A stretch of 63,424 nt of DNA from a virus (Duplodnaviria; Caudoviricetes). Shown piece by piece: positions 47,997 through 56,688 of this stretch. A program made the translations under genes and the position numbers. Numbering within the stretch: position 1 is the stretch's first letter; the number at the start of each line of letters is the position of its first letter. The notes beneath the pieces are model-generated. The model worked only from the letters and a program-made list of their open reading frames with translations, searched no databases and was not told where the DNA came from. Where the stretch lies: IMG/VR virus record IMGVR_UViG_3300013093_000002, positions 1 to 63,424 of that record, one strand, 5' to 3'.

Positions 47997-48653
47997 TTAT
48001 TCTTTATGAAACTCACAATCTTTTACTGGACAATATTTACATAGAGGGGAAGGGTTTGCTATCCAAGTGTTTGTATCATATGAGTTATCTAGCCTTGCTA
48101 GCGGTTGTTCAAACTGTTTCCATGAGGCTTCTATACCAGACCTATGATACTCTTCGGGTAAGAAACTATTCTTCATTAGGAACAATAAACCTGCCTTAAT
48201 TTTAATCACTTGTGGGAAGTGAGCATATGTCATCAAAGCCATAAGCCTTAATTGTTTAGGGTCAGGGTATCTATTGCTTCCTGTTTTATAGTCTATGATG
48301 AAAGCGGTATCACCATCCACAATGAGCAAGTCCACAATTCCGCGAACCCAACGATTATCAGCATCGAAAGCACAAGGCGTTTTATCACGCGTAAGAGCCA
48401 TTTCATATTCACAGTATTTGTCTCCTGGTATTTTAATTAATTCATCGACAACATCTTTAAAGCGTTCATAATTTTTAGCTAGTTCAATCTTATCTCTTAC
48501 ATAATCTTCTAATGCCTTATGAACTTCTTTACCATATATAGTCTGAGGTGTATCTTGAAATACATAGTTCTTAGCTACTTTTAATTCATAATACTTCTTA
48601 GGACATTTTGTATATTCACTTAAGGCAGAATAAGACCATGTATAGTTAGCCAT
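47997..48653 (-). CDS. PD-(D/E)XK exonuclease (Cas4/RecB-like, Fe-S cysteines)
   Basis: WSYS....CP...G..VH...RGIVDL...IDYKTG...QL..A...CKYCP...C. Confidence 0.9.
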   Translation of the reverse strand: MANYTWSYSALSEYTKCPKKYYELKVAKNYVFQDTPQTIYGKEVHKALEDYVRDKIELAKNYERFKDVVDELIKIPGDKYCEYEMALTRDKTPCAFDADNRWVRGIVDLLIVDGDTAFIIDYKTGSNRYPDPKQLRLMALMTYAHFPQVIKIKAGLLFLMKNSFLPEEYHRSGIEASWKQFEQPLARLDNSYDTNTWIANPSPLCKYCPVKDCEFHKE

Positions 48654-48667
48654 TTATAATCCTTATG

Positions 48668-49822
48668 TTATTTAAAATATGGTCCGACCATCCATGTAAC
48701 TACAGTATATCTTTGACCTTTAGTGACAGGCTCTACGCCATGCACCATGAATGATGGGAATACTATAATATCACCTTTCTCTTGTGGCGGATATATCTTA
48801 TCATGGCTATTCATTATATAAAACTTACCACCTTCAAAGTCATCATTAAGAATAGCTAGTGCAGTAAGTTTTCTTGTTTCTGTTCCGTGCATATGAAAGG
48901 TATCTACATGAGCTTCATACTTACCACCTACACCATACATTAAAAACTCTGTTTGATTTGAGTGAGTAATATCATATTTCCAGTACTGATGATTTATATT
49001 TAAAGCACATGATGTAAGTGTTGCACCAATGCCTTGGTTCATTGGAAGTGGTAGTCTTAATACATTTCTGATATTTAAATTAATATTTTTTTCTAAATCT
49101 CTACCCTCACCTATAAATGGTTGTTCTTTTTCTACCTCTGGCTTAGAATATTCTTCAATCAACTTATCACAAAAACCATCTGATATTGCTTTCTTCATTA
49201 CATAGGCTACATCTAAATGTGGTGTTTGATTGTTAGGCTCAACTACTGTTTTGCTTATCCCTAAAGATTCTCTCTTATCATACTTCCATTCTGCATGCGG
49301 TCCATCTTGGTCTACATAATGTAAGAATACTTGTGCCTGCCATTTACCTTCTGTATATTTTTCACGCCAATGATATTTATCACATCCACGATAAGCAACT
49401 GCATCGCCTATATTCATTTTAATTTCAGAGCCACCTGACTTATCTTCATTGTCGCCCATATAGATAGCCCATACATCACCTTCAAAACCTAATGTTAAAG
49501 TAGCCGATATTTCACAAGCTGGTCTGTCTCTATGAATAGCAAGTTCTTCACCCTGAGTATCGTATAATCTAGCATATGAATAAGTGGGAAATAGTTTAAG
49601 CCCTAAAGCCTTTTCAAAGTAAGGTGTGCAATAATCTAATAGTTTATCAAAAGCTTCTGCACCATGTACTGCTTGCGATAAAGGACATTGTGGGTCTTTA
49701 GTAGTTTTCTTTTCTTCTACTAATCTTTTAAGTTCAGTAACTAATTCTTCACATGAATGCTTAGGTAAGAAATCTTTTAATAATACATATCCACTATCTT
49801 TAAATTGTTGTGCTGTATTCAT
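48668..49822 (-). CDS. Tandem two-domain 2OG-Fe(II) oxygenase
   Basis: Domain 1: HRDRPACEIS...HWRE. Domain 2: HVD...RKL...FEGG...VFPSF.HGVEPVTKG.R. Confidence 0.88.
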   Translation of the reverse strand: MNTAQQFKDSGYVLLKDFLPKHSCEELVTELKRLVEEKKTTKDPQCPLSQAVHGAEAFDKLLDYCTPYFEKALGLKLFPTYSYARLYDTQGEELAIHRDRPACEISATLTLGFEGDVWAIYMGDNEDKSGGSEIKMNIGDAVAYRGCDKYHWREKYTEGKWQAQVFLHYVDQDGPHAEWKYDKRESLGISKTVVEPNNQTPHLDVAYVMKKAISDGFCDKLIEEYSKPEVEKEQPFIGEGRDLEKNINLNIRNVLRLPLPMNQGIGATLTSCALNINHQYWKYDITHSNQTEFLMYGVGGKYEAHVDTFHMHGTETRKLTALAILNDDFEGGKFYIMNSHDKIYPPQEKGDIIVFPSFMVHGVEPVTKGQRYTVVTWMVGPYFK

Positions 49823-50085
49823 TATTCACTCTCTTTCTTTTGGACTTCGCCTGTTGATTTATTAAGTTCGTATTCATAGTGTAACCCTTCATTACCATTC
49901 TGTCCTACTACATCAATCCTTGAAGGTTCAGGTCTTAATATTTTATGTGGTGTTTCTTTTGGTAATGGGTCTACTGTTTTTTGTTTACCAAATATTAAAT
50001 CCCAATTCTTTTCAAACATTTCACTATTAGGTTTAGATTGTATCCAATCTCCTGTTATATCATTACGTGCGGTATTCTTACTCAT
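49822..50085 (-). CDS. Hypothetical protein
   Basis: ARNDITGD.I.SK....F..NWD.IF. Confidence 0.65.
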   Translation of the reverse strand: MSKNTARNDITGDWIQSKPNSEMFEKNWDLIFGKQKTVDPLPKETPHKILRPEPSRIDVVGQNGNEGLHYEYELNKSTGEVQKKESE

Positions 50086-50581
50086 AGTTAGCCATCACTT
50101 CCTTTAATAAGTCTTCATAAGTTAATTCATCTTTATCTTTAGTAAATTCAACACTCATTAAGTATCTAGTCGTTTCAAAATTATACACCGTATGAGGTAC
50201 TTGGGTATTAAATAAATAATAAGTGTTAGGTTTATATTTTAACTCTTCTATTTTAAATACGTATTGATCTGAATCAACTTTAAATAAACAAGCGTTTCTT
50301 TGAGTGGGAGGAGTCAGTAACATATTAATACCGACACCGCGTCTAGTATCTGTGTGCCAATCATAGCAAACGTATGGGTCTAGCTTGAGTATGCCGGCTA
50401 CAAAACTATAACGATGAGATAACCATACAAAGAATTCATCTTGAAATATAATCTCTGGCGGAATACGCTTAGCATCAAAATTATAATAGGGTGTCCAGTC
50501 TGATGGACTAAAAGCAAAGTCTTGTAAGTCCTTGTATATACTAGACTTTTTACTTATTTCATAATAGGGTTTCATTAGCAT
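50078..50581 (-). CDS. Double-stranded beta-helix (2OG-Fe(II)/cupin-like) oxygenase
   Basis: DWHTD...INM...LFNTQVPHTV.N...R. Confidence 0.7.
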   Translation of the reverse strand: MLMKPYYEISKKSSIYKDLQDFAFSPSDWTPYYNFDAKRIPPEIIFQDEFFVWLSHRYSFVAGILKLDPYVCYDWHTDTRRGVGINMLLTPPTQRNACLFKVDSDQYVFKIEELKYKPNTYYLFNTQVPHTVYNFETTRYLMSVEFTKDKDELTYEDLLKEVMANYE

Positions 50582-52443
50582 TCACCATAACTTGCACCGT
50601 GATGTGTTTCACATGCCACAGGTAGTCCTTTAGCCCAGTCAGGTGGTGTTGACATTACATCTGTAATATATCTTACTGCATTATCAACATCATCATCTTT
50701 AGCCACACAAACTACTGCATCATGCACTGTTAATACTGGTTTATATTTCTCATTGATACTTATCATCTGTTCACCTACAATAATTCTAGCTAATGCCTGC
50801 ACGACGTTCTCGACGACAGACCCACCCCATATAGATGTAAACCCATTTCTAGCACGATATACAAACTTACTCTTAGACTCTGATGTATCCCATGTAAGAC
50901 CTGGATAATAAATATATAAGCCATTGGGTAGCTTAATTCCTTTTTCTGTGACTTGTAATACATTATGTTTACCGATGTAATACGGTTCTTTACCTTGTTT
51001 CCATGAAGCTAAGTCTTGTAAAGCATCGTCACACTCACGCCACAATTCAATAACTTTATCATTAACTTCTCTATAAACTCTGACAAGCCTTTGACATTCA
51101 TCATCTGATAAGTTAGCGTTAGGTGGTTGAGTCTTTAGTGTATGTTGTAGCTTAGCCCACCCTGTGCCATAGCCTAGTCCTAATGTGCAAGTCTTACCTA
51201 CGAACCTTTCAACTGTATCTTTCTTAGTTATGGGTCGTTCATAAACTTTACTTGCAAACTCAGAATAAACATCTCGACCATCTTTATACCATTGGACTAT
51301 GTCATCTTGTCCTGCAAGCCATACTAAGACACGAGCTTCAATCTGCGAAGAGTCACAGTTAATAATCTTATGACCCATAGGTGGAACAATAGCATTCTTT
51401 AATGCTTTCTTTTTCTTATCTCGTGCAGGTAAGTTTTGGAAGTTAACCTTATCTAAGCCTGACCATCTGCCTGTATGTGCGCCGTAATACTTTAATGGAA
51501 TAGGTAGCTTACCCTTATTGCGTTTACCTATATCTATAAATCTCTCTATCCTTGACTCTTCAAGTGTAGACTTAGTGCCTAGTCTTACTCGACATAGTTC
51601 TTGTATAAATACATCTTCACTCTCAGATAATGCAATAAATCCTACATCATTCTTAGCTAAAGCATAAGTATCTTTGCCTGTAGTCGGACTTACTTTCATA
51701 GGTGGCTCTATGCCTAGCTCTATAAGTAACTCAGCAAATTGTTTATTAGATGCTAACTTAGCACGGACTTCTTCTGTAGTTTTACAGTCTAACCGTATCA
51801 TCAGTCCTGTAAGTAATTCAGCTTTTAAGTTCTTAACTTCTTCTAATCGTTCTACAAGTAAAGCATCGTCTACTTCAAGTGTAGGCTCGGTATACATGCG
51901 AAGAGTTATATCAATAAGTTTAACTTCATTCTCATTAAACTGTGGTGCTAAGACTTGGAATAGTTTATAGGTTAAGTCAACGTCATTTTTACAATAACCA
52001 CCGTATCTATCTAACTCAGCAGGCGTAAAGTTTTCTAGTCGCTTACCTTTAGCATCTATAACTTCTGTGCCTTTTGTGCCTAAATTATATCTTTCTACAA
52101 GTGTAGCTAACGAACCGCCCGCATTAGTGCCGTGTATAGCCCTAGCCATGCAGAGAGTATCGAAATACATAGAAGGAACAATCCCAAAACTAAAAGATAA
52201 AATACCACCGTCAAACAACATGTTATGACAGAGTAAGGCAGAGTTAGGAATGTCATAAGAGTCGAGTATAGTTTTAATTTCTTGATGCGTTCCAGTATGC
52301 CATTTAGTTTCTTCATCATTTACTTTAACTCCTACTCCAATTACTTGAAATTGTGGTGACCTTATATACTCTTCAGTAGTAAGGCTTGATAAGGTAAAAC
52401 CTACATCATAGTAAGTTTCAAAGTCTAAGGTTATGAGTTTCAT
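50575..52443 (-). CDS. DNA polymerase, family A, with 3'-5' exonuclease
   Basis: LDFET, HNMLFD, YCKND exo motifs; HTGRWS, DSSQIEAR (motif A), RFVGKTCTLGLGYG (motif B), TVHDA (motif C). Confidence 0.96.
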   Translation of the reverse strand: MKLITLDFETYYDVGFTLSSLTTEEYIRSPQFQVIGVGVKVNDEETKWHTGTHQEIKTILDSYDIPNSALLCHNMLFDGGILSFSFGIVPSMYFDTLCMARAIHGTNAGGSLATLVERYNLGTKGTEVIDAKGKRLENFTPAELDRYGGYCKNDVDLTYKLFQVLAPQFNENEVKLIDITLRMYTEPTLEVDDALLVERLEEVKNLKAELLTGLMIRLDCKTTEEVRAKLASNKQFAELLIELGIEPPMKVSPTTGKDTYALAKNDVGFIALSESEDVFIQELCRVRLGTKSTLEESRIERFIDIGKRNKGKLPIPLKYYGAHTGRWSGLDKVNFQNLPARDKKKKALKNAIVPPMGHKIINCDSSQIEARVLVWLAGQDDIVQWYKDGRDVYSEFASKVYERPITKKDTVERFVGKTCTLGLGYGTGWAKLQHTLKTQPPNANLSDDECQRLVRVYREVNDKVIELWRECDDALQDLASWKQGKEPYYIGKHNVLQVTEKGIKLPNGLYIYYPGLTWDTSESKSKFVYRARNGFTSIWGGSVVENVVQALARIIVGEQMISINEKYKPVLTVHDAVVCVAKDDDVDNAVRYITDVMSTPPDWAKGLPVACETHHGASYGEC

Positions 52444-52467
52444 TAGTTGCTTTCTAATTTTAATTTG

Positions 52468-52639
52468 CGCTATCTTATGCAAACGACAGATAGCGGGTGC
52501 CGTATTTTGTCTTTAACTATGGTTATCAAGCACAGTTAACCTACTTGCATTATAGGACGTTGGTGGGCTACTCACGGTTTATATAAATGCAAAAATACCG
52601 TCTAAATAATTTAACATACATATAAAAGTGCTTTCGCCC
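52468..52639 (-). ncRNA. Candidate structured RNA leader of the DNA polymerase gene
   Basis: GGGC-GAA..AGUA-GCCC loop-E-like stem (52565-52639), followed by three hairpins with pseudoknot and loop-loop complementarity (52468-52558). Confidence 0.55.
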
Positions 52640-52659
52640 TTTGCGTTTACTGCAAATTC

Positions 52660-52863
52660 TTATTTGTCTTTTGCGTGTCGTGCAAATTCATCACGACATA
52701 TTACCGAACACCAACGACGAGTATCCTTAACAGGTTCATCACACCATATACATTTACCTGTTGTGTTAACAGGTGTTTTAGCTTTATTATGGGCATTGGT
52801 GACTGCCGTATCAATCATTTGTTGTAGATATTCGTTAGCGACATCTACTTCGTCGTTCATCAT
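52660..52863 (-). CDS. TraR/DksA-like C4 zinc-finger protein
   Basis: N-terminal DEVDVA (DxxDxA) helix plus CIWC...CSVIC. Confidence 0.7.
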   Translation of the reverse strand: MMNDEVDVANEYLQQMIDTAVTNAHNKAKTPVNTTGKCIWCDEPVKDTRRWCSVICRDEFARHAKDK

Positions 52864-53108
52864 GCAGTTGCTCTTTCTATTGGTTTACTATACATTGTGA
52901 AACTTCTACGCCATGCTTTACCTCTTGGTTCAGGTGTAGGAAGTTTAACTAATCCTTGTTTTTCTAAATCTCTAATTCTACTTTCATTACCTAATGTATT
53001 TAGTATAACTTTGTATCTGCCTGCATTAGGAAACTTAGTCATATATTCTAACGCACTATTAATAATTTCTTGGTCAGTAAATCGTTTATAAGCTCTCAAA
53101 ATAAACAC
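52860..53108 (-). CDS. Hypothetical protein
   Basis: ORF overlapping its neighbours. Confidence 0.6.
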   Translation of the reverse strand: MFILRAYKRFTDQEIINSALEYMTKFPNAGRYKVILNTLGNESRIRDLEKQGLVKLPTPEPRGKAWRRSFTMYSKPIERATA

Positions 53109-53281
53109 TCTCCTACTAATTCATATAAATTTTCTTTGACAACTATCGGTTTATCTAGTTTTATTACTATAACATCTTTATTATTTTCTGTAAACCATTT
53201 CGCTTCTTTTTGACTCCATCTATACTTTCTAATAATTTCTCCATCATCATCTAAAGTAGCATGAGTAAAAGGTAAAGACAT
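53096..53281 (-). CDS. Hypothetical protein
   Basis: ORF in operon. Confidence 0.6.
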   Translation of the reverse strand: MSLPFTHATLDDDGEIIRKYRWSQKEAKWFTENNKDVIVIKLDKPIVVKENLYELVGECLF

Positions 53282-53347
53282 TTAATCAATCCCCCAAAAA
53301 AATAAAGCATAGCCACGATGACTATGCCGTCTATAACAGGTTGTGTC

Positions 53348-53533
53348 CTATTCAATAGGTGTTCGTCGAATAATTTCTTTTGCAATCTTGGCACGTTTTT
53401 TACCACCTTCTTTAAACTTATCTAACATTTCGTATAAGACTTTAATGGACAATGCCTTAAGTCTATCTTTGCCTGTCTTAGTTTTAAATGGATTGGCATG
53501 TCGTTTGCTTTTATGAACTTGTTGTGTTGCCAT
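53348..53533 (-). CDS. Small basic hypothetical protein
   Basis: GGAGG RBS; TAATG coupling. Confidence 0.65.
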   Translation of the reverse strand: MATQQVHKSKRHANPFKTKTGKDRLKALSIKVLYEMLDKFKEGGKKRAKIAKEIIRRTPIE

Positions 53534-53769
53534 TATAATCCTCCAAATGCTTCTGCTAATTTTTTACTACTATATTTATTCTCTTTGTTATACTCTTGAG
53601 ATTGAGCTTCGTTTTTATACATGGGTGTAATAACTATATGATGCACATCTTTTAAATTAGAAAAATACTTTAAGTCGTCAGGTAGAAAAGTCCATACATG
53701 TCTAGCCCTTAAATTATTATTTGTGTCATATTCTTTATATTCCCAAGCATCAGGTTTAGTTGCTTGCAT
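53533..53769 (-). CDS. Hypothetical protein
   Basis: ORF in operon with GAGG RBS. Confidence 0.6.
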   Translation of the reverse strand: MQATKPDAWEYKEYDTNNNLRARHVWTFLPDDLKYFSNLKDVHHIVITPMYKNEAQSQEYNKENKYSSKKLAEAFGGL

Positions 53770-54145
53770 ATTTAGTCGCCTCTTGTTTATAAAATATTAT
53801 ATGAGACCATTGTATAGCTTGTTGCAATTTCCACCATGACTTAGGCTTAGATATACTTGTATCATGGAACGATGTAGCACCATAACTATAATCAGGTTCT
53901 AGCTTGTGCATTATACGCCATGCGAGCTGATAATAGTAAGGATTTATTTCATTCGGTTCGGGTGGCTTTACTTTTCCATACCAACTGAACTGAGATGGTC
54001 GTTTCATTTCATAGCAAACATTCTTTGGATTAAAGTCTGCTCGTCTCATCAATACATATCCTACGGCAATTTGGGCTTGTTGTGGTTCTATGCTACTTTC
54101 CATAAATATGGTTGTGGCTAGACACGCCAATGCTTGGTCTATCAT
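53756..54145 (-). CDS. SleB/Hydrolase_2-family cell wall hydrolase
   Basis: CLA.TIFMES..EP...QIAV..V.M.R...VC...QFSW...GATSFH...HIIFY. Confidence 0.85.
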   Translation of the reverse strand: MIDQALACLATTIFMESSIEPQQAQIAVGYVLMRRADFNPKNVCYEMKRPSQFSWYGKVKPPEPNEINPYYYQLAWRIMHKLEPDYSYGATSFHDTSISKPKSWWKLQQAIQWSHIIFYKQEATKYASN

Positions 54146-54184
54146 AATGACCCTCCTTAAAAACTGAAACCAGTTTTATTTAGA

Positions 54185-54445
54185 TTATTTTTTTGATTTT
54201 AGATATTCTTGAATGTCTCTAGCATACCATTCTATTTTGCCTGCTTCTTGAATAGGGTCGTCTTTGTCACCTAAACGACTAGCATATGCTATAAGAGTGC
54301 CTTTGATATAACCACAATATTCCTCTGTGGTTAGTTTTGCTTTGATGTAATCTGATGTTTCTATGCCACCTTTTGTGTAGTGAGATGGGCTATTTACCAT
54401 ATCAGATGTTATGGGTTTTGCTCCTGCGCCTTGTGTTTCTGTCAT
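54185..54445 (-). CDS. DUF3310-family protein
   Basis: DMVNSPSHYTKGGIE..DYI...GY..G...K..WY. Confidence 0.85.
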   Translation of the reverse strand: MTETQGAGAKPITSDMVNSPSHYTKGGIETSDYIKAKLTTEEYCGYIKGTLIAYASRLGDKDDPIQEAGKIEWYARDIQEYLKSKK

Positions 54446-54729
54446 TATAGTCCTTTCATTAGGGTTATAAGTTCTTCTATATTACTCTCATTTACCACGA
54501 TTGCCAAGCCTTTATTATTGTTTATTAGGTTGATGTTGTGTTTTTGCAACTCAGTAAGTTTGTTATTACCTGCCTTACATTCTATCCCTATAAACTTTCC
54601 CTTATGACATACAACGATGTCAGGCACACCACTACTGCCATATCCACCTGTCTGTGGGAAAAAATAATAACATCCGACAATATCTAAAATTCTTTTAACT
54701 TGTTTCTTTACTTTGGCTTCGGGTGTCAT
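54445..54729 (-). CDS. VRR-NUC / Holliday junction resolvase-like nuclease
   Basis: TPEAKVK...GVPDIV...FIGIECKA...TELQ. Confidence 0.88.
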   Translation of the reverse strand: MTPEAKVKKQVKRILDIVGCYYFFPQTGGYGSSGVPDIVVCHKGKFIGIECKAGNNKLTELQKHNINLINNNKGLAIVVNESNIEELITLMKGL

Positions 54730-54912
54730 TTATATATTTCTTTCTATAAACTCTTTCATATCAATTATTTGTTTCCGTAAGGCTTCAACTTCATATCGCA
54801 TTGGTCTTAGCTGTCTATTAATTATTTCTATTCTTATAGACTCATGTAATTCTTCTAAATCAATTAATGGTATTCTTTTTAAATCAAAATAATGCTTAGA
54901 CCCCTCCATCAT
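54730..54912 (-). CDS. Hypothetical protein
   Basis: ORF in operon. Confidence 0.55.
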   Translation of the reverse strand: MMEGSKHYFDLKRIPLIDLEELHESIRIEIINRQLRPMRYEVEALRKQIIDMKEFIERNI

Positions 54913-55132
54913 TTTTCTCCTCTGCTTTATCTAAAGCCTCGTTATAGTTTGCTATCTGTGTTGATGCAAAGTGAATACCTCTGATGATGCCCAATCTAAA
55001 TGCATAGTAAAACATCTTGGCATCTTTCTCAGACCTTACACCTTTAGTATCATCTACATATTTATAATAATTAGGGACGGCTACTTCAATGATATCCTGT
55101 TCAAGTTTTTGTTTCTGTTCTTCTTGGTTCAT
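54896..55132 (-). CDS. Hypothetical protein
   Basis: ORF in operon. Confidence 0.6.
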   Translation of the reverse strand: MNQEEQKQKLEQDIIEVAVPNYYKYVDDTKGVRSEKDAKMFYYAFRLGIIRGIHFASTQIANYNEALDKAEEKNDGGV

Positions 55133-55286
55133 ATATTCTACTTACTCCTTCAAAGATACCTAATAAATCATTAGGCTTAAAATCATTCTTGTTAAATGAG
55201 AATGGTGACTTTCTACCATTAGCGTGCTTGATATACCCTGTGACTACAATTTGTTCTACGATAATTTGTTTCTCTTTAGTTACCAT
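55101..55286 (-). CDS. Hypothetical protein
   Basis: ORF in operon. Confidence 0.55.
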   Translation of the reverse strand: MVTKEKQIIVEQIVVTGYIKHANGRKSPFSFNKNDFKPNDLLGIFEGVSRIYEPRRTETKT

Positions 55287-55632
55287 CTTTTACACCTTTT
55301 AGTTCGTTGAGTTGCTCTTCATCTAAGATAACTATATAGAATGACTTTGATGCTCGCCAACCTATATACTCCATATTTTTAACAGGACAATTATACATTT
55401 GAAATTCAAACAAATCTCTATCCTCTGCTACTTTGTCAGGCGATGATGCCTTTGCAAATGTAAGTTTAGCTTTAATATAATTAGGCAAAGTGTGTTCGTT
55501 AAATATTCTACGATGTCCTCTGCCTACAAACACATTATACTCATCACTTACATACACAGGAACTTTGTATAAGATTTCTGTCCTAGAAGTTTCTATGGGT
55601 TCTATAACTTCTATTATAAGATTTTGAAACAT
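55276..55632 (-). CDS. Hypothetical protein
   Basis: AAGGA RBS just downstream of a palindrome copy. Confidence 0.7.
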   Translation of the reverse strand: MFQNLIIEVIEPIETSRTEILYKVPVYVSDEYNVFVGRGHRRIFNEHTLPNYIKAKLTFAKASSPDKVAEDRDLFEFQMYNCPVKNMEYIGWRASKSFYIVILDEEQLNELKGVKDGN

Positions 55633-55647
55633 ACATTCCTTTGGTTG

Positions 55648-55666
55648 AGTCTACATGATGTAGACT
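55648..55666. repeat. Early-region palindrome copy (intergenic)
   Basis: AGTCTACA-TGA-TGTAGACT. Confidence 0.9.
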
Positions 55667-56688
55667 TATTGTAATTGAACTAAGATATTTCCTTTGGTGT
55701 CACGAACTTCTATACCCCATCTAGAGTCGGGATAGTTTTTATCAAAGTCCCAGTATTTTACTTTAGTAAATGTATTATGTAAAGTCTTGAGCCTATCACT
55801 AAATTTCTTTTTAAAGAATTGAAAATATATTATTGGTTTATATCTTGAAGGGTTATTATTACTAGCTATCCAATACATATCATGAATACCGAACCCAATC
55901 ATATATAAATAACTTGCCGATACATAATCAGTTTGCCATAACTCATCAGCTTTATTTAATATAACTTCACTATGATAATTATCTGCATTATCATTAGATA
56001 CATACTCATTAAATACATCTCTAACAGTATCAGCAAAGGATTCATTGTCCAATGTATGCATAAATGATTTAATTATATTAAGTCTTTCTTTCTCAGTTTT
56101 CATGACTACATTAGACTTAGCTCTATCTACATAGGGTATATCTATTGAATACCTTGATGACTCATGCAATTCAAATGTATCTATATTATATCTAAAGCCT
56201 TTGAATACAGGTATTTTAAGATTATGCACATAAGACTTGATAATATTGCCACCAGCTCTAGATGATTTCATGGCAAATACTCTATGAGGTAAGTATTGAC
56301 TCCATATCATATTTGAACCTTGATGCAAACTATTATGAGTTAGCTCTGCCGTATTATCATCTCTAACGATAAATATTGGTTTTTTATCATGGTTCCATAT
56401 AGAGTAATAAGGTATGTTAGCCATGTTTTTCCATCGGTATCCTAAGGCTGAATGATATTTATCAAACTTTTCAGGGTCATGTTCTTTCATCTGTTCAGCT
56501 TCATATGGGTCAAGATAATCTTCTACGAACCCACCCCAATAGTAAAGATGATATTCAATCTTACCATCAACTTCTACGACTTTAAAGTATTTATGTCTAT
56601 GAGTTCTACTAGCATACGGATACTCATCAGTATTCCGATAAGGTTTTGTGTTTGCTACTATTTCTTGTAAGGTTTTATAGCTTATCAT
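55666..56688 (-). CDS. Hypothetical early protein (340 aa)
   Basis: Long ORF; no family recognised. Confidence 0.8.
   Translation of the reverse strand: MISYKTLQEIVANTKPYRNTDEYPYASRTHRHKYFKVVEVDGKIEYHLYYWGGFVEDYLDPYEAEQMKEHDPEKFDKYHSALGYRWKNMANIPYYSIWNHDKKPIFIVRDDNTAELTHNSLHQGSNMIWSQYLPHRVFAMKSSRAGGNIIKSYVHNLKIPVFKGFRYNIDTFELHESSRYSIDIPYVDRAKSNVVMKTEKERLNIIKSFMHTLDNESFADTVRDVFNEYVSNDNADNYHSEVILNKADELWQTDYVSASYLYMIGFGIHDMYWIASNNNPSRYKPIIYFQFFKKKFSDRLKTLHNTFTKVKYWDFDKNYPDSRWGIEVRDTKGNILVQLQ

Noticed and set aside
47997-48653. Cas4-like nuclease as evidence of a CRISPR system
   Set aside because: Stand-alone PD-(D/E)XK exonucleases are routine in phage replication modules; there is no array or other cas gene.
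53251-53355. Possible TTG-start hydrophobic peptide on the minus strand (MNRTQPVIDGIVIVAMLYFFGGLIKCLYLLLMLL)
   Set aside because: It is a plausible gap filler, but no RBS is visible and it overlaps both neighbours, so support is insufficient.
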